Positions 29,406-36,996 of a DNA stretch of 53,380 bases are shown here, one piece after another (positions within the stretch are counted from its first letter, which is position 1; every line of letters starts with the position of its first letter). Origin of the DNA: a virus. Its lineage: Duplodnaviria; Caudoviricetes. The translations under genes were made by a program, and so were the position numbers. The notes beneath the pieces were generated by a model that saw only the letters and a program-made list of their open reading frames with translations, made no database searches and had not been told where the DNA came from. The stretch is from positions 1 through 53,380 of IMG/VR virus record IMGVR_UViG_3300022074_000059; one strand, written 5' to 3'.

Positions 29406-29444
29406 AACAAAAGACTTATCATTATAAGTCAGTTATGGCATATT
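29406..29444 (+). promoter_or_regulatory. Early-type promoter family copy (AACAAAAGACTTATC-N15-TGGCATATT)
   Basis: Repeated motif; -35 TTATCA, 17-nt spacer, extended -10. Confidence 0.6.
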
Positions 29445-29509
29445 ATACTTAATGGCAAGGGGAGGTCTCTTGTCATATAACAACTGACCACTCAAGAAAG
29501 GAGTAGGTT

Positions 29510-30082
29510 ATGAACGAGAAAGTAGTTCCCGATGATAATATGGTTGATGGTGTTTGTGCTAGTTCTGGGTTGCCTAGTGATAGCGAGGTAGATAATGCAG
29601 TATGTACTGATATTGCCGCCCGTGATGAGTTTGACCCTACTAAGCATGTTCAACATGAACAGATAAAAGCACAAGCTCAGCGTATGAGTGATGTGCGTTC
29701 TAGGTTTGAAAACCTTGGTGCTGATATGCAACATATCATGACTCTGCTTTATGGTTTGCAAGACCGTGTTTCACGGTTTGAACAACTGTTTGATGAAGTA
29801 GGGGCTCCTGTAAAAGGTATGTCTGTGCGTGAGCTAGAACAATTTGAGCCTATGTATTCAGGGCAAGAAAACATGCGAGCCGCTGGTAAAACAGTTGATG
29901 ATCTATACTGCCGCATTATCGACCTTGAAAATGAAGTTGAAAGTGTTCGTGAAGAAAGTATTAGCAGTAATGATTACGACCCTGATGAGTGGGTACGGCA
30001 AAGTGACCTTGCTGATGAAGTAACTAATGCTATCCAAGAGCGTGTTACTTTTAATGCTGAAATTACAGCTGAGGCAAATTAG
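29510..30082 (+). CDS. Acidic coiled-coil hypothetical protein
   Basis: AGAAAGGAG RBS; 190 aa. Confidence 0.7.
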   Translation: MNEKVVPDDNMVDGVCASSGLPSDSEVDNAVCTDIAARDEFDPTKHVQHEQIKAQAQRMSDVRSRFENLGADMQHIMTLLYGLQDRVSRFEQLFDEVGAPVKGMSVRELEQFEPMYSGQENMRAAGKTVDDLYCRIIDLENEVESVREESISSNDYDPDEWVRQSDLADEVTNAIQERVTFNAEITAEAN

Positions 30083-30084
30083 TC

Positions 30085-30357
30085 GTGGCTACTTACAGTG
30101 ATGTGAGGGGGGCTGTTTCACATCTACTAAAAATTGCCGCAAGAGAATGGGAACTTGAACAAATTCTCGGTAATGTCCCCCCTAAACCTTTTGGAGATGA
30201 CCGTGCTTACGGTCTTCTCGCCTACTCCCTTGCTACCGTCTGTTTCCGCAGTCCTGAAGCAAGGGTAATACTGGAAAGCATGATTGCTAACAAAGCTAGA
30301 GAAATAGCTTTAATGGAAGAAAGGACCAAAAAACATGGCAGATCCAGAGCAGTATAA
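30085..30357 (+). CDS. Hypothetical protein
   Basis: GTG start, operon packing. Confidence 0.55.
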   Translation: MATYSDVRGAVSHLLKIAAREWELEQILGNVPPKPFGDDRAYGLLAYSLATVCFRSPEARVILESMIANKAREIALMEERTKKHGRSRAV

Positions 30358-30811
30358 ATCGGTATCACTTGACCTTGATACCTACAATCTACTTAAAGCT
30401 GTGGCAGAGGCTGAGTGTCGTAGTATTGGGTTGCAGATACGATGGATGATTAAAAACGGTATGGTAAATCCAACCAGCCCTAATGTATCGCCATCTGCAC
30501 TTATCCCCGCACACCAGCCGATTCCTTCAATAAAAGCTGTGCAGCGACGTAAAGGTAACAAGAAATTATTTACCTCGGGTGCGACATGTGAGATTTTGTT
30601 GAGGTTGTTCAGTACAAATGCAACACTGACTGCGAGTGATTTCGTAGATACAGATATAGAAGACCCAAGTCATGCTTTATATAATCTGTATAAGCGTGGT
30701 GATGTGCAACGTCTTGGTGAGGGTAAACCTTATCGATATCATATTGCCGTCCAAGGTGTTGCTAAAGCTCGTGAAATTTTACGCAGGAGGGAACGAGAGG
30801 ATGCGGCGTAA
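30335..30811 (+). CDS. Putative DNA-binding regulator (ribbon-helix-helix-like N-terminus, winged-helix-like C-terminus)
   Basis: YKSVSL...Y.LLK..A..E.RSI..QI (Arc/RHH-like); LYNLYKRGDVQR....YRY wing. Confidence 0.55.
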   Translation: MADPEQYKSVSLDLDTYNLLKAVAEAECRSIGLQIRWMIKNGMVNPTSPNVSPSALIPAHQPIPSIKAVQRRKGNKKLFTSGATCEILLRLFSTNATLTASDFVDTDIEDPSHALYNLYKRGDVQRLGEGKPYRYHIAVQGVAKAREILRRREREDAA

Positions 30812-30821
30812 AAATAGGGCT

Positions 30822-30850
30822 TTGGGATAAAGTAACACTTATGCTAGAGT
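30822..30850 (+). promoter_or_regulatory. Putative sigma70 promoter TTGGGA-N17-TAGAGT with extended TG
   Basis: Directly upstream of the candidate sRNA; no ORF follows. Confidence 0.5.
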
Positions 30851-30856
30851 TTTAAA

Positions 30857-30922
30857 CGTCAGTTAATGACATATTCCTCCCTTAGACTAAACCCCCAATC
30901 AATACTGGTTGGGGGTCTTTTT
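30857..30922 (+). ncRNA. Candidate ~65-nt small RNA with anti-Shine-Dalgarno UUCCUCCCUU segment
   Basis: 5' hairpin gtca-gttaa-tgac, single-stranded ttcctccctt (30874-30883), terminator acccccaatc/ggttgggggt followed by T5. Confidence 0.5.
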
Positions 30923-31044
30923 ACCACTAAACACTATTCATGACCTAAAAAAGAGGCCGCTCAGACGCCGCTCGATGCCCTCAAAGCACATGGGTAGGGG
31001 GTAAGTAGGGGGTAAATTTTGACCAATAAACATGGTTTCTGAGC

Positions 31045-31272
31045 CACTTTGCTATATAGGACCAAAAGACGGATGCAGTAAAATCTGTTTTTTAAGGTTG
31101 GATAATATACAATATCTGACTATACACATATCTTCAATGAGTTAGCACATGAATTACGAAGATTGATCCAATATCTTGTTCAATAGACAGTAACTTTCTC
31201 TGTCCGCGCGGTTTTGATTAGAAGGAAAATTTAATTTTATGTTTTTCGTTTTTGGTCCTATTATACAAAGTG
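31045..31272. repeat. Long-range imperfect inverted-repeat element, copy B
   Basis: Arms cactttgctatataggaccaaaa (31045-31067) and cgtttttggtcctattatacaaagtg (31247-31272); internal aactttctctgtccgcgcg (31192-31210). Confidence 0.7.
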
Positions 31273-31301
31273 TCCCATGTTAGAAGAGGAGAACATGCAA
31301 A

Positions 31302-31838
31302 ATGGCTCTAGCCAAAGCTACTCACAAACCCACGATTGAAGTCGTCGCAAATCCTAGAAAAGAAAAACAGATCACGCCCAAGCAAGAAGAATTTGCACGA
31401 TTATATGTTTGCGAGGATATTTCACAAACAGAGGCCGCTGTCCGTGCTGGGTTTAGTGTGAAGTCAGCCCATGCTATTGCCTCACAATTACTCAACGGTG
31501 TGCGATACCCCCATGTGGTTGCAAGAATCCGTGAGTTAAAACAAGAGTTGTCTAAAAAATACGAGGTCAGTTTTGAAGGTCACGTCAAAAAACTTGCTGA
31601 GATCCGCGATGCCGCGATGACTGGAGGAAATTTTGCCGCCGCCGTCGCTGCCGAAAAATCACGAGGCCAAGCCGCAGGGATCTATATTGATCGTAAAGAA
31701 ATCCTGCATGGTAAAATTGACCAAATGAGTCGCGATGAAGTAATGCGTGAAATCAAACGAATTCAAGAAGAGTTCCCAGCTCTCGCGGTAGTTGCTGAGG
31801 GAAATATGATGATAGAGCATGATGAGGGTGATAAGTAA
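31302..31838 (+). CDS. terS: Terminase small subunit
   Basis: TPKQEEFARLY, TEAAVRAGFS.KSA...ASQLL, P.V...I.EL; AAV.AE..RG..AG.YIDR. Confidence 0.85.
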   Translation: MALAKATHKPTIEVVANPRKEKQITPKQEEFARLYVCEDISQTEAAVRAGFSVKSAHAIASQLLNGVRYPHVVARIRELKQELSKKYEVSFEGHVKKLAEIRDAAMTGGNFAAAVAAEKSRGQAAGIYIDRKEILHGKIDQMSRDEVMREIKRIQEEFPALAVVAEGNMMIEHDEGDK

Positions 31839-31871
31839 AGAGTTATCATAAAAACTCAAATATGCCATAAT
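31837..31871 (+). promoter_or_regulatory. Early-type promoter family copy (AAAGAGTTATC-N15-TGCCATAAT)
   Basis: Repeated motif. Confidence 0.6.
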
Positions 31872-31931
31872 AAGTATGGTAGTAAATGAGCTACCTCTAT
31901 ATGTCAAACCACTCTAGAAAGGAGCGATGAC

Positions 31932-32204
31932 ATGAACTACTTTAAACAAACTAGCGACGCCGTATTAGACGGTTGGGTTGACTACCACGCAATACAGCCG
32001 ACACACCTTGAGGTAGGTGATGACAAAGTATTGTGTTGCCTTGATGATTTGAGGGCAATAAGCATAGTTGGTTTTGAGCATGAGACGCACGTCACTATTA
32101 CTAACACTAATGCGTTAGACGGTTGTGTCACTTGTGAACACTCAACAATAGTTGCTGAGGAGCCGCACTTATTTACACTCAAGCAGTGGCTCAAACAGTA
32201 TTAA
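31932..32204 (+). CDS. Hypothetical protein
   Basis: AGAAAGGAG RBS. Confidence 0.65.
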   Translation: MNYFKQTSDAVLDGWVDYHAIQPTHLEVGDDKVLCCLDDLRAISIVGFEHETHVTITNTNALDGCVTCEHSTIVAEEPHLFTLKQWLKQY

Positions 32205-32225
32205 ATAAACCCGACAGCAAACGAA

Positions 32226-32264
32226 AACAAAAGACTTATCGTTTGCTGTCAGCCCTGCTACTTT
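32226..32264 (+). promoter_or_regulatory. Early-type promoter family copy (AACAAAAGACTTATC-N15-TGCTACTTT)
   Basis: Repeated motif; 12-bp inverted repeat gacagcaaacga/tcgtttgctgtc (32213-32250) brackets it. Confidence 0.6.
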
Positions 32265-32298
32265 ATAATTATAGCAATACTCACAGAAAGGAGCCGCT

Positions 32299-32514
32299 AT
32301 GATAAAACCTAAAGCTGAAACCCACGAGTTCAATGATGGTAAATCTCAAACCATATTGGACTTTTCCCGCGTCAATGAAGCATGGCTCGTGTGGCGTCAG
32401 GATCCCGGAAGTCAGGGTAATGTAAAAATCCACCCTAGTTATGATGAGGCCAAGCGCGATTACGATAACCGCGTTGATGCCATACAAATGATGGAGGCAC
32501 ACGATGTTGTATGA
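32299..32514 (+). CDS. Hypothetical protein
   Basis: AGAAAGGAG RBS. Confidence 0.65.
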   Translation: MIKPKAETHEFNDGKSQTILDFSRVNEAWLVWRQDPGSQGNVKIHPSYDEAKRDYDNRVDAIQMMEAHDVV

Positions 32515-32692
32515 GTGGACAAAAAAGCTAGGTCAGCAACACTGGTCTATTCCTGGATCCCATGAGGGTACTCTCTGTGGGATGCCGATGCTCGGTAACA
32601 ATTATGCAAAGCATATAGATGAGGAAGACAAAACACCTTGTCCGCAGTGTGCTCACCAAGCGCAGTTGTATCGGTTAGATGAGTCAGCTTGA
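32504..32692 (+). CDS. Small His/Cys protein
   Basis: GGAGG RBS; H...TLCG...CPQC. Confidence 0.55.
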   Translation: MLYEWTKKLGQQHWSIPGSHEGTLCGMPMLGNNYAKHIDEEDKTPCPQCAHQAQLYRLDESA

Positions 32693-32876
32693 TTACATAG
32701 TGCAGGACACCCAGACGGGCAAAAAGTTCGTCTGGGGTTTACGTCGTGTACTGAAAGAAATTAATCGAGACAGGTCGGAAGACTGGACAAACTACGATGA
32801 GACCGATTGGACAGAAGGATGGAGCCATTGGGTTGATGGTTATAAAATAGTCGGCTTTGTCAGTAAAACAAGATAA
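32679..32876 (+). CDS. Hypothetical protein
   Basis: EINRDRS.DW..YD..DW.EGW motif. Confidence 0.6.
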   Translation: MSQLDYIVQDTQTGKKFVWGLRRVLKEINRDRSEDWTNYDETDWTEGWSHWVDGYKIVGFVSKTR

Positions 32877-32913
32877 CAAAAGAGGTGTCTTCTATTGTCT
32901 GCACTGCTACTTT
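32875..32913 (+). promoter_or_regulatory. Early-type promoter family copy (AACAAAAGAGGTGTC-N15-TGCTACTTT)
   Basis: Shares ctgctactttataatta with the 32226 copy. Confidence 0.55.
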
Positions 32914-32949
32914 ATAATTACAACAACGCTCGCAGAAAGGAGCTGACTA

Positions 32950-33255
32950 ATGATACAGTTTGTAGATATGAATGAAGATGGTGATATGGTGGTTACTAAC
33001 GAAGACCCTAGCCGCCTCATGTTGTTAACGACTTTGTGGTTTACGGACACCACTATGGTTGATGGCACACCATTTACACCTGAGCCTGAGGTACACATGG
33101 TATCGTGGACAGATGAGTTAAGGCAACGTGCCGAGTTGGCAAATCGCATCAATGCTCATAACGAGTGGGCAAGTGAGCAGGATGGTAGGCCAGTTGTCAA
33201 GTTTGCCAAGCAACAAGTCGTGCTTATCACGCCAACTACGACGGAGCTTGTGTAG
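32950..33255 (+). CDS. Hypothetical protein
   Basis: AGAAAGGAG RBS. Confidence 0.6.
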   Translation: MIQFVDMNEDGDMVVTNEDPSRLMLLTTLWFTDTTMVDGTPFTPEPEVHMVSWTDELRQRAELANRINAHNEWASEQDGRPVVKFAKQQVVLITPTTTELV

Positions 33256-33698
33256 TGGCGACTAAGCCTGAGTCCACGCTGTGGAAAAATCTCCGTGAGG
33301 GGACTAAAGACCTAGGTGTGTTTTGGACACGCCTAGAGTCTTGGTCTAGTCCTGGAGTGCCTGACTTGCACGGTATACTTGATGGTCATGCTTTTTGGCT
33401 TGAATTGAAAGTCCACAGGTTAAACTCACTAAAGAAGATTACGCTTCGTCCCCACCAAATTGCGTGGCAGATAAGATATAGCGGATATTCTGGAAACGTC
33501 TGGAACTTGGTTAGTCATCCTTCGTGCCGAACTATAAATATATTTCACGGTTCGAGGGCGATGGAGATTGCTGGACAAACGGAGGATAAAGGACCCATGA
33601 TTCCGGACTGGAGTTCGGGAGTTCCTTACGATTGGACGGGAGCCATCAATCATATTCTATCATCATCTCGTCCCTTCATAAAGGAGAGAGACCTCTAG
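33255..33698 (+). CDS. PD-(D/E)xK nuclease, Holliday-junction resolvase / VRR-NUC-like
   Basis: PES.LW, RLE....GVPD, FWLELK, LRPHQIAW. Confidence 0.8.
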   Translation: MATKPESTLWKNLREGTKDLGVFWTRLESWSSPGVPDLHGILDGHAFWLELKVHRLNSLKKITLRPHQIAWQIRYSGYSGNVWNLVSHPSCRTINIFHGSRAMEIAGQTEDKGPMIPDWSSGVPYDWTGAINHILSSSRPFIKERDL

Positions 33699-33847
33699 TT
33701 TCGTCATCTTTCATCTTCTATTTAGATACCCTCGTCATCATTCTTCGTCATTCATTGTCAGTAGAAGATAAAAGACGATTCGCGAGGTACGATCTTTTGA
33801 TGATGAAAGATGATGACACCGACAATTAATGAGGTTAATTGATAATT

Positions 33848-33882
33848 AAAGACTTGTCAATAAAACTCGGCCGTGCTACTCT
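33848..33882 (+). promoter_or_regulatory. Early-type promoter family copy (AAAGACTTGTC-N15-TGCTACTCT)
   Basis: -35 TTGTCA, 17-nt spacer, extended -10. Confidence 0.6.
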
Positions 33883-33932
33883 TACATCATAAGCAATGCA
33901 GCTTATGGACTATGTCGTAGAAAGGACATATC

Positions 33933-34352
33933 ATGACAACTAAAACTGTAAAATCTTCTCCTAAGGCAAAAGCCGTCGTTAAATCTGCTGAGCTCATTGT
34001 CACTGACAAAGAGATCACCTATCCCGAAATATGGGCGTTTATCCAAGAGCATGCTGGTGGCAATGAGGCGAACGTCAAAATTGTGCCTCTTGCAAATGTG
34101 GATACCGACAGCACCACTCCTGTCCCGTTCGGCTATGGTGGCAAGGCGGGAGGCGTCAGGCAAACCATACAAGACTGGATGCTCAAAGGCGTTGATGGCG
34201 ACACATCGTTAAAGGCCGCGCTCAACAAGGCCGCGCCTCTTGGTCACTCACGCAAAAAGCCGACGTGCTTGCATGCTTTGATGCACGGTGGTTATTCACC
34301 CTCTAGCAAATACTGGATGACACCATACGTCAAGCTCGTCGTCCAAGGTTAA
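33933..34352 (+). CDS. Hypothetical protein, paralog 1 of 34800..35246
   Basis: Shares TYP..WAFI.E..GGN..NV..VPL.NV, PVPFG..GK.GGVR..IQ.W.L.GV, LGHS.K.P.CLHA...GGYSPSS, YVKLVVQ with the 34800 protein. Confidence 0.8.
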   Translation: MTTKTVKSSPKAKAVVKSAELIVTDKEITYPEIWAFIQEHAGGNEANVKIVPLANVDTDSTTPVPFGYGGKAGGVRQTIQDWMLKGVDGDTSLKAALNKAAPLGHSRKKPTCLHALMHGGYSPSSKYWMTPYVKLVVQG

Positions 34353-34361
34353 CTCACATAG

Positions 34362-34390
34362 ACGGGACGTCAGGAGGGCGTCCCGTTTTT
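34362..34390 (+). terminator. Rho-independent terminator
   Basis: acgggacgtc/ggcgtcccgt stem plus T-run after the 33933 ORF. Confidence 0.7.
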
Positions 34391-34396
34391 CTCCCA

Positions 34397-34471
34397 TCCC
34401 ATCCCTGAGGACGAGGGATGATGATTCCCATTCCTGAGGACGATCCCCATAGGTATGTACTCATACCTATG
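34397..34471. repeat. 18-bp direct repeat plus 10-bp perfect hairpin
   Basis: tcccatYcctgaggacga at 34397 and 34426; cataggtatg-tact-catacctatg at 34448-34471. Confidence 0.7.
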
Positions 34472-34631
34472 TATCATTCATCATCTATCATACTCAATCG
34501 TCGTCGTCAATCATCCTCGGTCTCGGTTGACGATAATAGACGATCCTGGGAGAACAGCGGATTAAACAAGACTGGTCCAGCTGGTGTTGCTGGTGTTAGG
34601 CAATAATTATAGCAACCGCATAAAAGGAGGC

Positions 34632-34709
34632 ATGGGTATGTGGCTATTTGTAATAGCTATAGTATTACTAGGCTTAATAGGCTTAATGGGGCTAAATAAA
34701 AATAAATAA
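34632..34709 (+). CDS. Candidate 23-25 aa hydrophobic membrane peptide
   Basis: AAAAGGAGG RBS; MGMWLFVIAIVLLGLIGLMGLNKNK. Confidence 0.45.
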   Translation: MGMWLFVIAIVLLGLIGLMGLNKNK

Positions 34710-34799
34710 AAATAACGCTTGTTATTGACATTTAGCTGTGGCATAAACTAGGTATACCCCACAAGGGGCAACGCATAAACCGTAGAAAGGGTTTACAAA

Positions 34800-35246
34800 A
34801 TGCAAAACACTAATAAAGGTAAGGCAACCAAAAATGCCGCTTCGTCAACCGCAGTAGCTACTGTAGCTGTACCTACCTTACAGCATACAGGTACTGAGGT
34901 CACCTACCCGCAGTTGTGGGCGTTTATAAACGAGCAGGGTGGCGGCAACTTGCATAACGTGCAAGTAGTGCCATTGCCTAATGTGCAACTTGACCAAGCG
35001 CAACCAGTGCCGTTTGGTTTTAACGGTAAGGTAGGCGGCGTTCGCCACCAAATACAAACATGGTTGCTAACTGGTGTTAATGGTAACACTAGCCTAGCCG
35101 CTATACTTAGTGCGGCTAGCAAGTTAGGCCACAGTGCAAAACGGCCTAACTGTTTGCATGCAATGCTAAACGGTGGCTACAGCCCTAGCAGTGCTACATG
35201 GGGTACAGGCTATGTTAAGCTAGTGGTACAGCCGCAAGCCAAGTAG
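34800..35246 (+). CDS. Hypothetical protein, paralog 2 of 33933..34352, TC/GA-depleted
   Basis: AGAAAGGG RBS; promoter-like CTTGTT-N15-TGGCAT upstream; clear paralogy. Confidence 0.8.
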   Translation: MQNTNKGKATKNAASSTAVATVAVPTLQHTGTEVTYPQLWAFINEQGGGNLHNVQVVPLPNVQLDQAQPVPFGFNGKVGGVRHQIQTWLLTGVNGNTSLAAILSAASKLGHSAKRPNCLHAMLNGGYSPSSATWGTGYVKLVVQPQAK

Positions 35247-35283
35247 CAACGCAACCTAGGGGGGCTACGGGTCCCCCGCCACC

Positions 35284-35311
35284 AAGCCCCGCCACAGTGC
35301 GGGGCTTTTTT
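35284..35311 (+). terminator. Rho-independent terminator
   Basis: aagccccgc-cacagt-gcggggctt followed by T-run. Confidence 0.75.
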
Positions 35312-35526
35312 GATGACCCCCCGCGAGACGACCCCTTTACCCATGGTAGTGGGTAAAACCAAGTTTTGGACAAATCATGTGGTCCGTAGAAAGTTTTTAT
35401 GGTATTGACTTTTACTCGACTAAAAGCCGAGACGACATACCCCTGTTTCTGTAGAATTGTCATAGGTTCATTGCCCTAGAAAAATTTTCGATATATTTTA
35501 AATATATTCGCATTAATGAGGAACCA

Positions 35527-36996
35527 TTGCCCATGGACTTTCAGCTAGTACCTGATGAGCAGTTAAAAAAGTATGCCCATTTATTAGACCGCGCTAAAGA
35601 GATTACCCAAGCGGAGGCGGCGAAGAATGATTTTATGGAGTATTGTAAAACGGTTTGGCCTGAGTTTATTAATGGACGCCACCATAAAATAATGGCTGAG
35701 AAGTTTAACCGCATAGCTAGTGGAGAGTTAAAGCGGTTAATTGTTAATATGCCGCCCCGCCATACTAAAAGTGAGTTTGGCAGTTATTTATTGCCTAGTT
35801 GGTTAATGGGTAAAAACCCTAAATTAAAGATAATGCAGACAACGCATACGGCAGAGCTTGCTTTTAGGTTTGGCCGAAAGGTGCGTAATTTGATGAATAG
35901 TGGAGAATACACTAAGGTTTTTGAGGGTGTAGAATTGCGAGCGGATAGCCAAGCGGCGGGTAGATGGGAGACGAGTAAGGGTGGAGAATATTTTGCGGCT
36001 GGTGTAGGTGGCGCGGTGACGGGTCGTGGAGCGGATTTGTTGATAATTGATGACCCCCACAGTGAGCAAGATGCTTTAAGCCCTACGGCATTAGAGCATG
36101 CTTATGAGTGGTATACATCTGGTCCGCGTCAACGTTTACAGCCCGGAGGTGCGATTGTGATAATTATGACTCGTTGGGCAGAGAATGATTTAACGGGAAA
36201 ATTATTAAAGCAACAGGGTAGAGATATATTAGCAGATAAGTGGGAGGTTGTGGAATTCCCTGCATTGATGCCTGAGAGTGATGAACCTTTATGGCCTGAG
36301 TATTGGAAAAAGGAAGATTTGTTAAGTGTTAAGGGTAGTTTGTCGGTTGGTAAGTGGGAAGCCCAATGGCAACAAAACCCGACGGGCGATGTAGCGGCGA
36401 TACTTAAACGTGATTGGTGGAATGTGTGGGAAAAGGAAGATATCCCGCCATTAGAGTATATAATGCAGAGTTATGATACGGCGTATTCTAAAAAAGAGAG
36501 TGCGGATTATAGTGCTATAACAACGTGGGGAGTTTTTTATCCTAAAGAAGGTGGACCACCAAACATTATTCTATGTGATGCAAAACGTGGTAGATGGGAT
36601 TTCCCTGATTTGCGGCGTATGGCATTGGAGGAGTATAAGTATTGGGATCCCGAATGTGTGTTAATTGAGGCAAAAGCCAGTGGTATGCCATTAACGCAAG
36701 AGTTGCGGAATATGGGGATTCCCGTTATGAATTACACACCTAGCAGGGGTAATGATAAATTTACAAGAGTGAACTCTATTGCGCCATTGTTTGAAAGTGG
36801 TTTAGTATGGGCTCCAGATACACGCTGGGCAGAAGAAGTTATTGAAGAGTGTGCGGCGTTTCCTGCGGGGGAGCATGATGATTATGTGGATACGGTCACT
36901 CAAGCATTACGCAGATTTAGAGAAGGCGGTTTTATCCAGCATCCTGAAGATTATGAGGATGAAGAATCAGTTCCTGTACAGAGGATTTATTACTAA
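35527..36996 (+). CDS. terL: Terminase large subunit
   Basis: Walker A-like MPPRHTKS, Walker B LLIIDDP, MTRW, QSYDTA and HDDYVD nuclease motifs. Confidence 0.95.
   Translation: MPMDFQLVPDEQLKKYAHLLDRAKEITQAEAAKNDFMEYCKTVWPEFINGRHHKIMAEKFNRIASGELKRLIVNMPPRHTKSEFGSYLLPSWLMGKNPKLKIMQTTHTAELAFRFGRKVRNLMNSGEYTKVFEGVELRADSQAAGRWETSKGGEYFAAGVGGAVTGRGADLLIIDDPHSEQDALSPTALEHAYEWYTSGPRQRLQPGGAIVIIMTRWAENDLTGKLLKQQGRDILADKWEVVEFPALMPESDEPLWPEYWKKEDLLSVKGSLSVGKWEAQWQQNPTGDVAAILKRDWWNVWEKEDIPPLEYIMQSYDTAYSKKESADYSAITTWGVFYPKEGGPPNIILCDAKRGRWDFPDLRRMALEEYKYWDPECVLIEAKASGMPLTQELRNMGIPVMNYTPSRGNDKFTRVNSIAPLFESGLVWAPDTRWAEEVIEECAAFPAGEHDDYVDTVTQALRRFREGGFIQHPEDYEDEESVPVQRIYY

Noticed and set aside
33632-33829. 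65-aa ORF in the ORF track
   Set aside because: Lies in the TC/GA low-complexity tract with no RBS; probably a by-product of the repeat sequence
34397-34443. Mini CRISPR array
   Set aside because: Only two 18-bp repeats with an 11-nt gap and no cas genes
34418-34606. 62-aa ORF in the ORF track
   Set aside because: Starts inside a direct repeat and hairpin region just after a terminator; low-complexity translation
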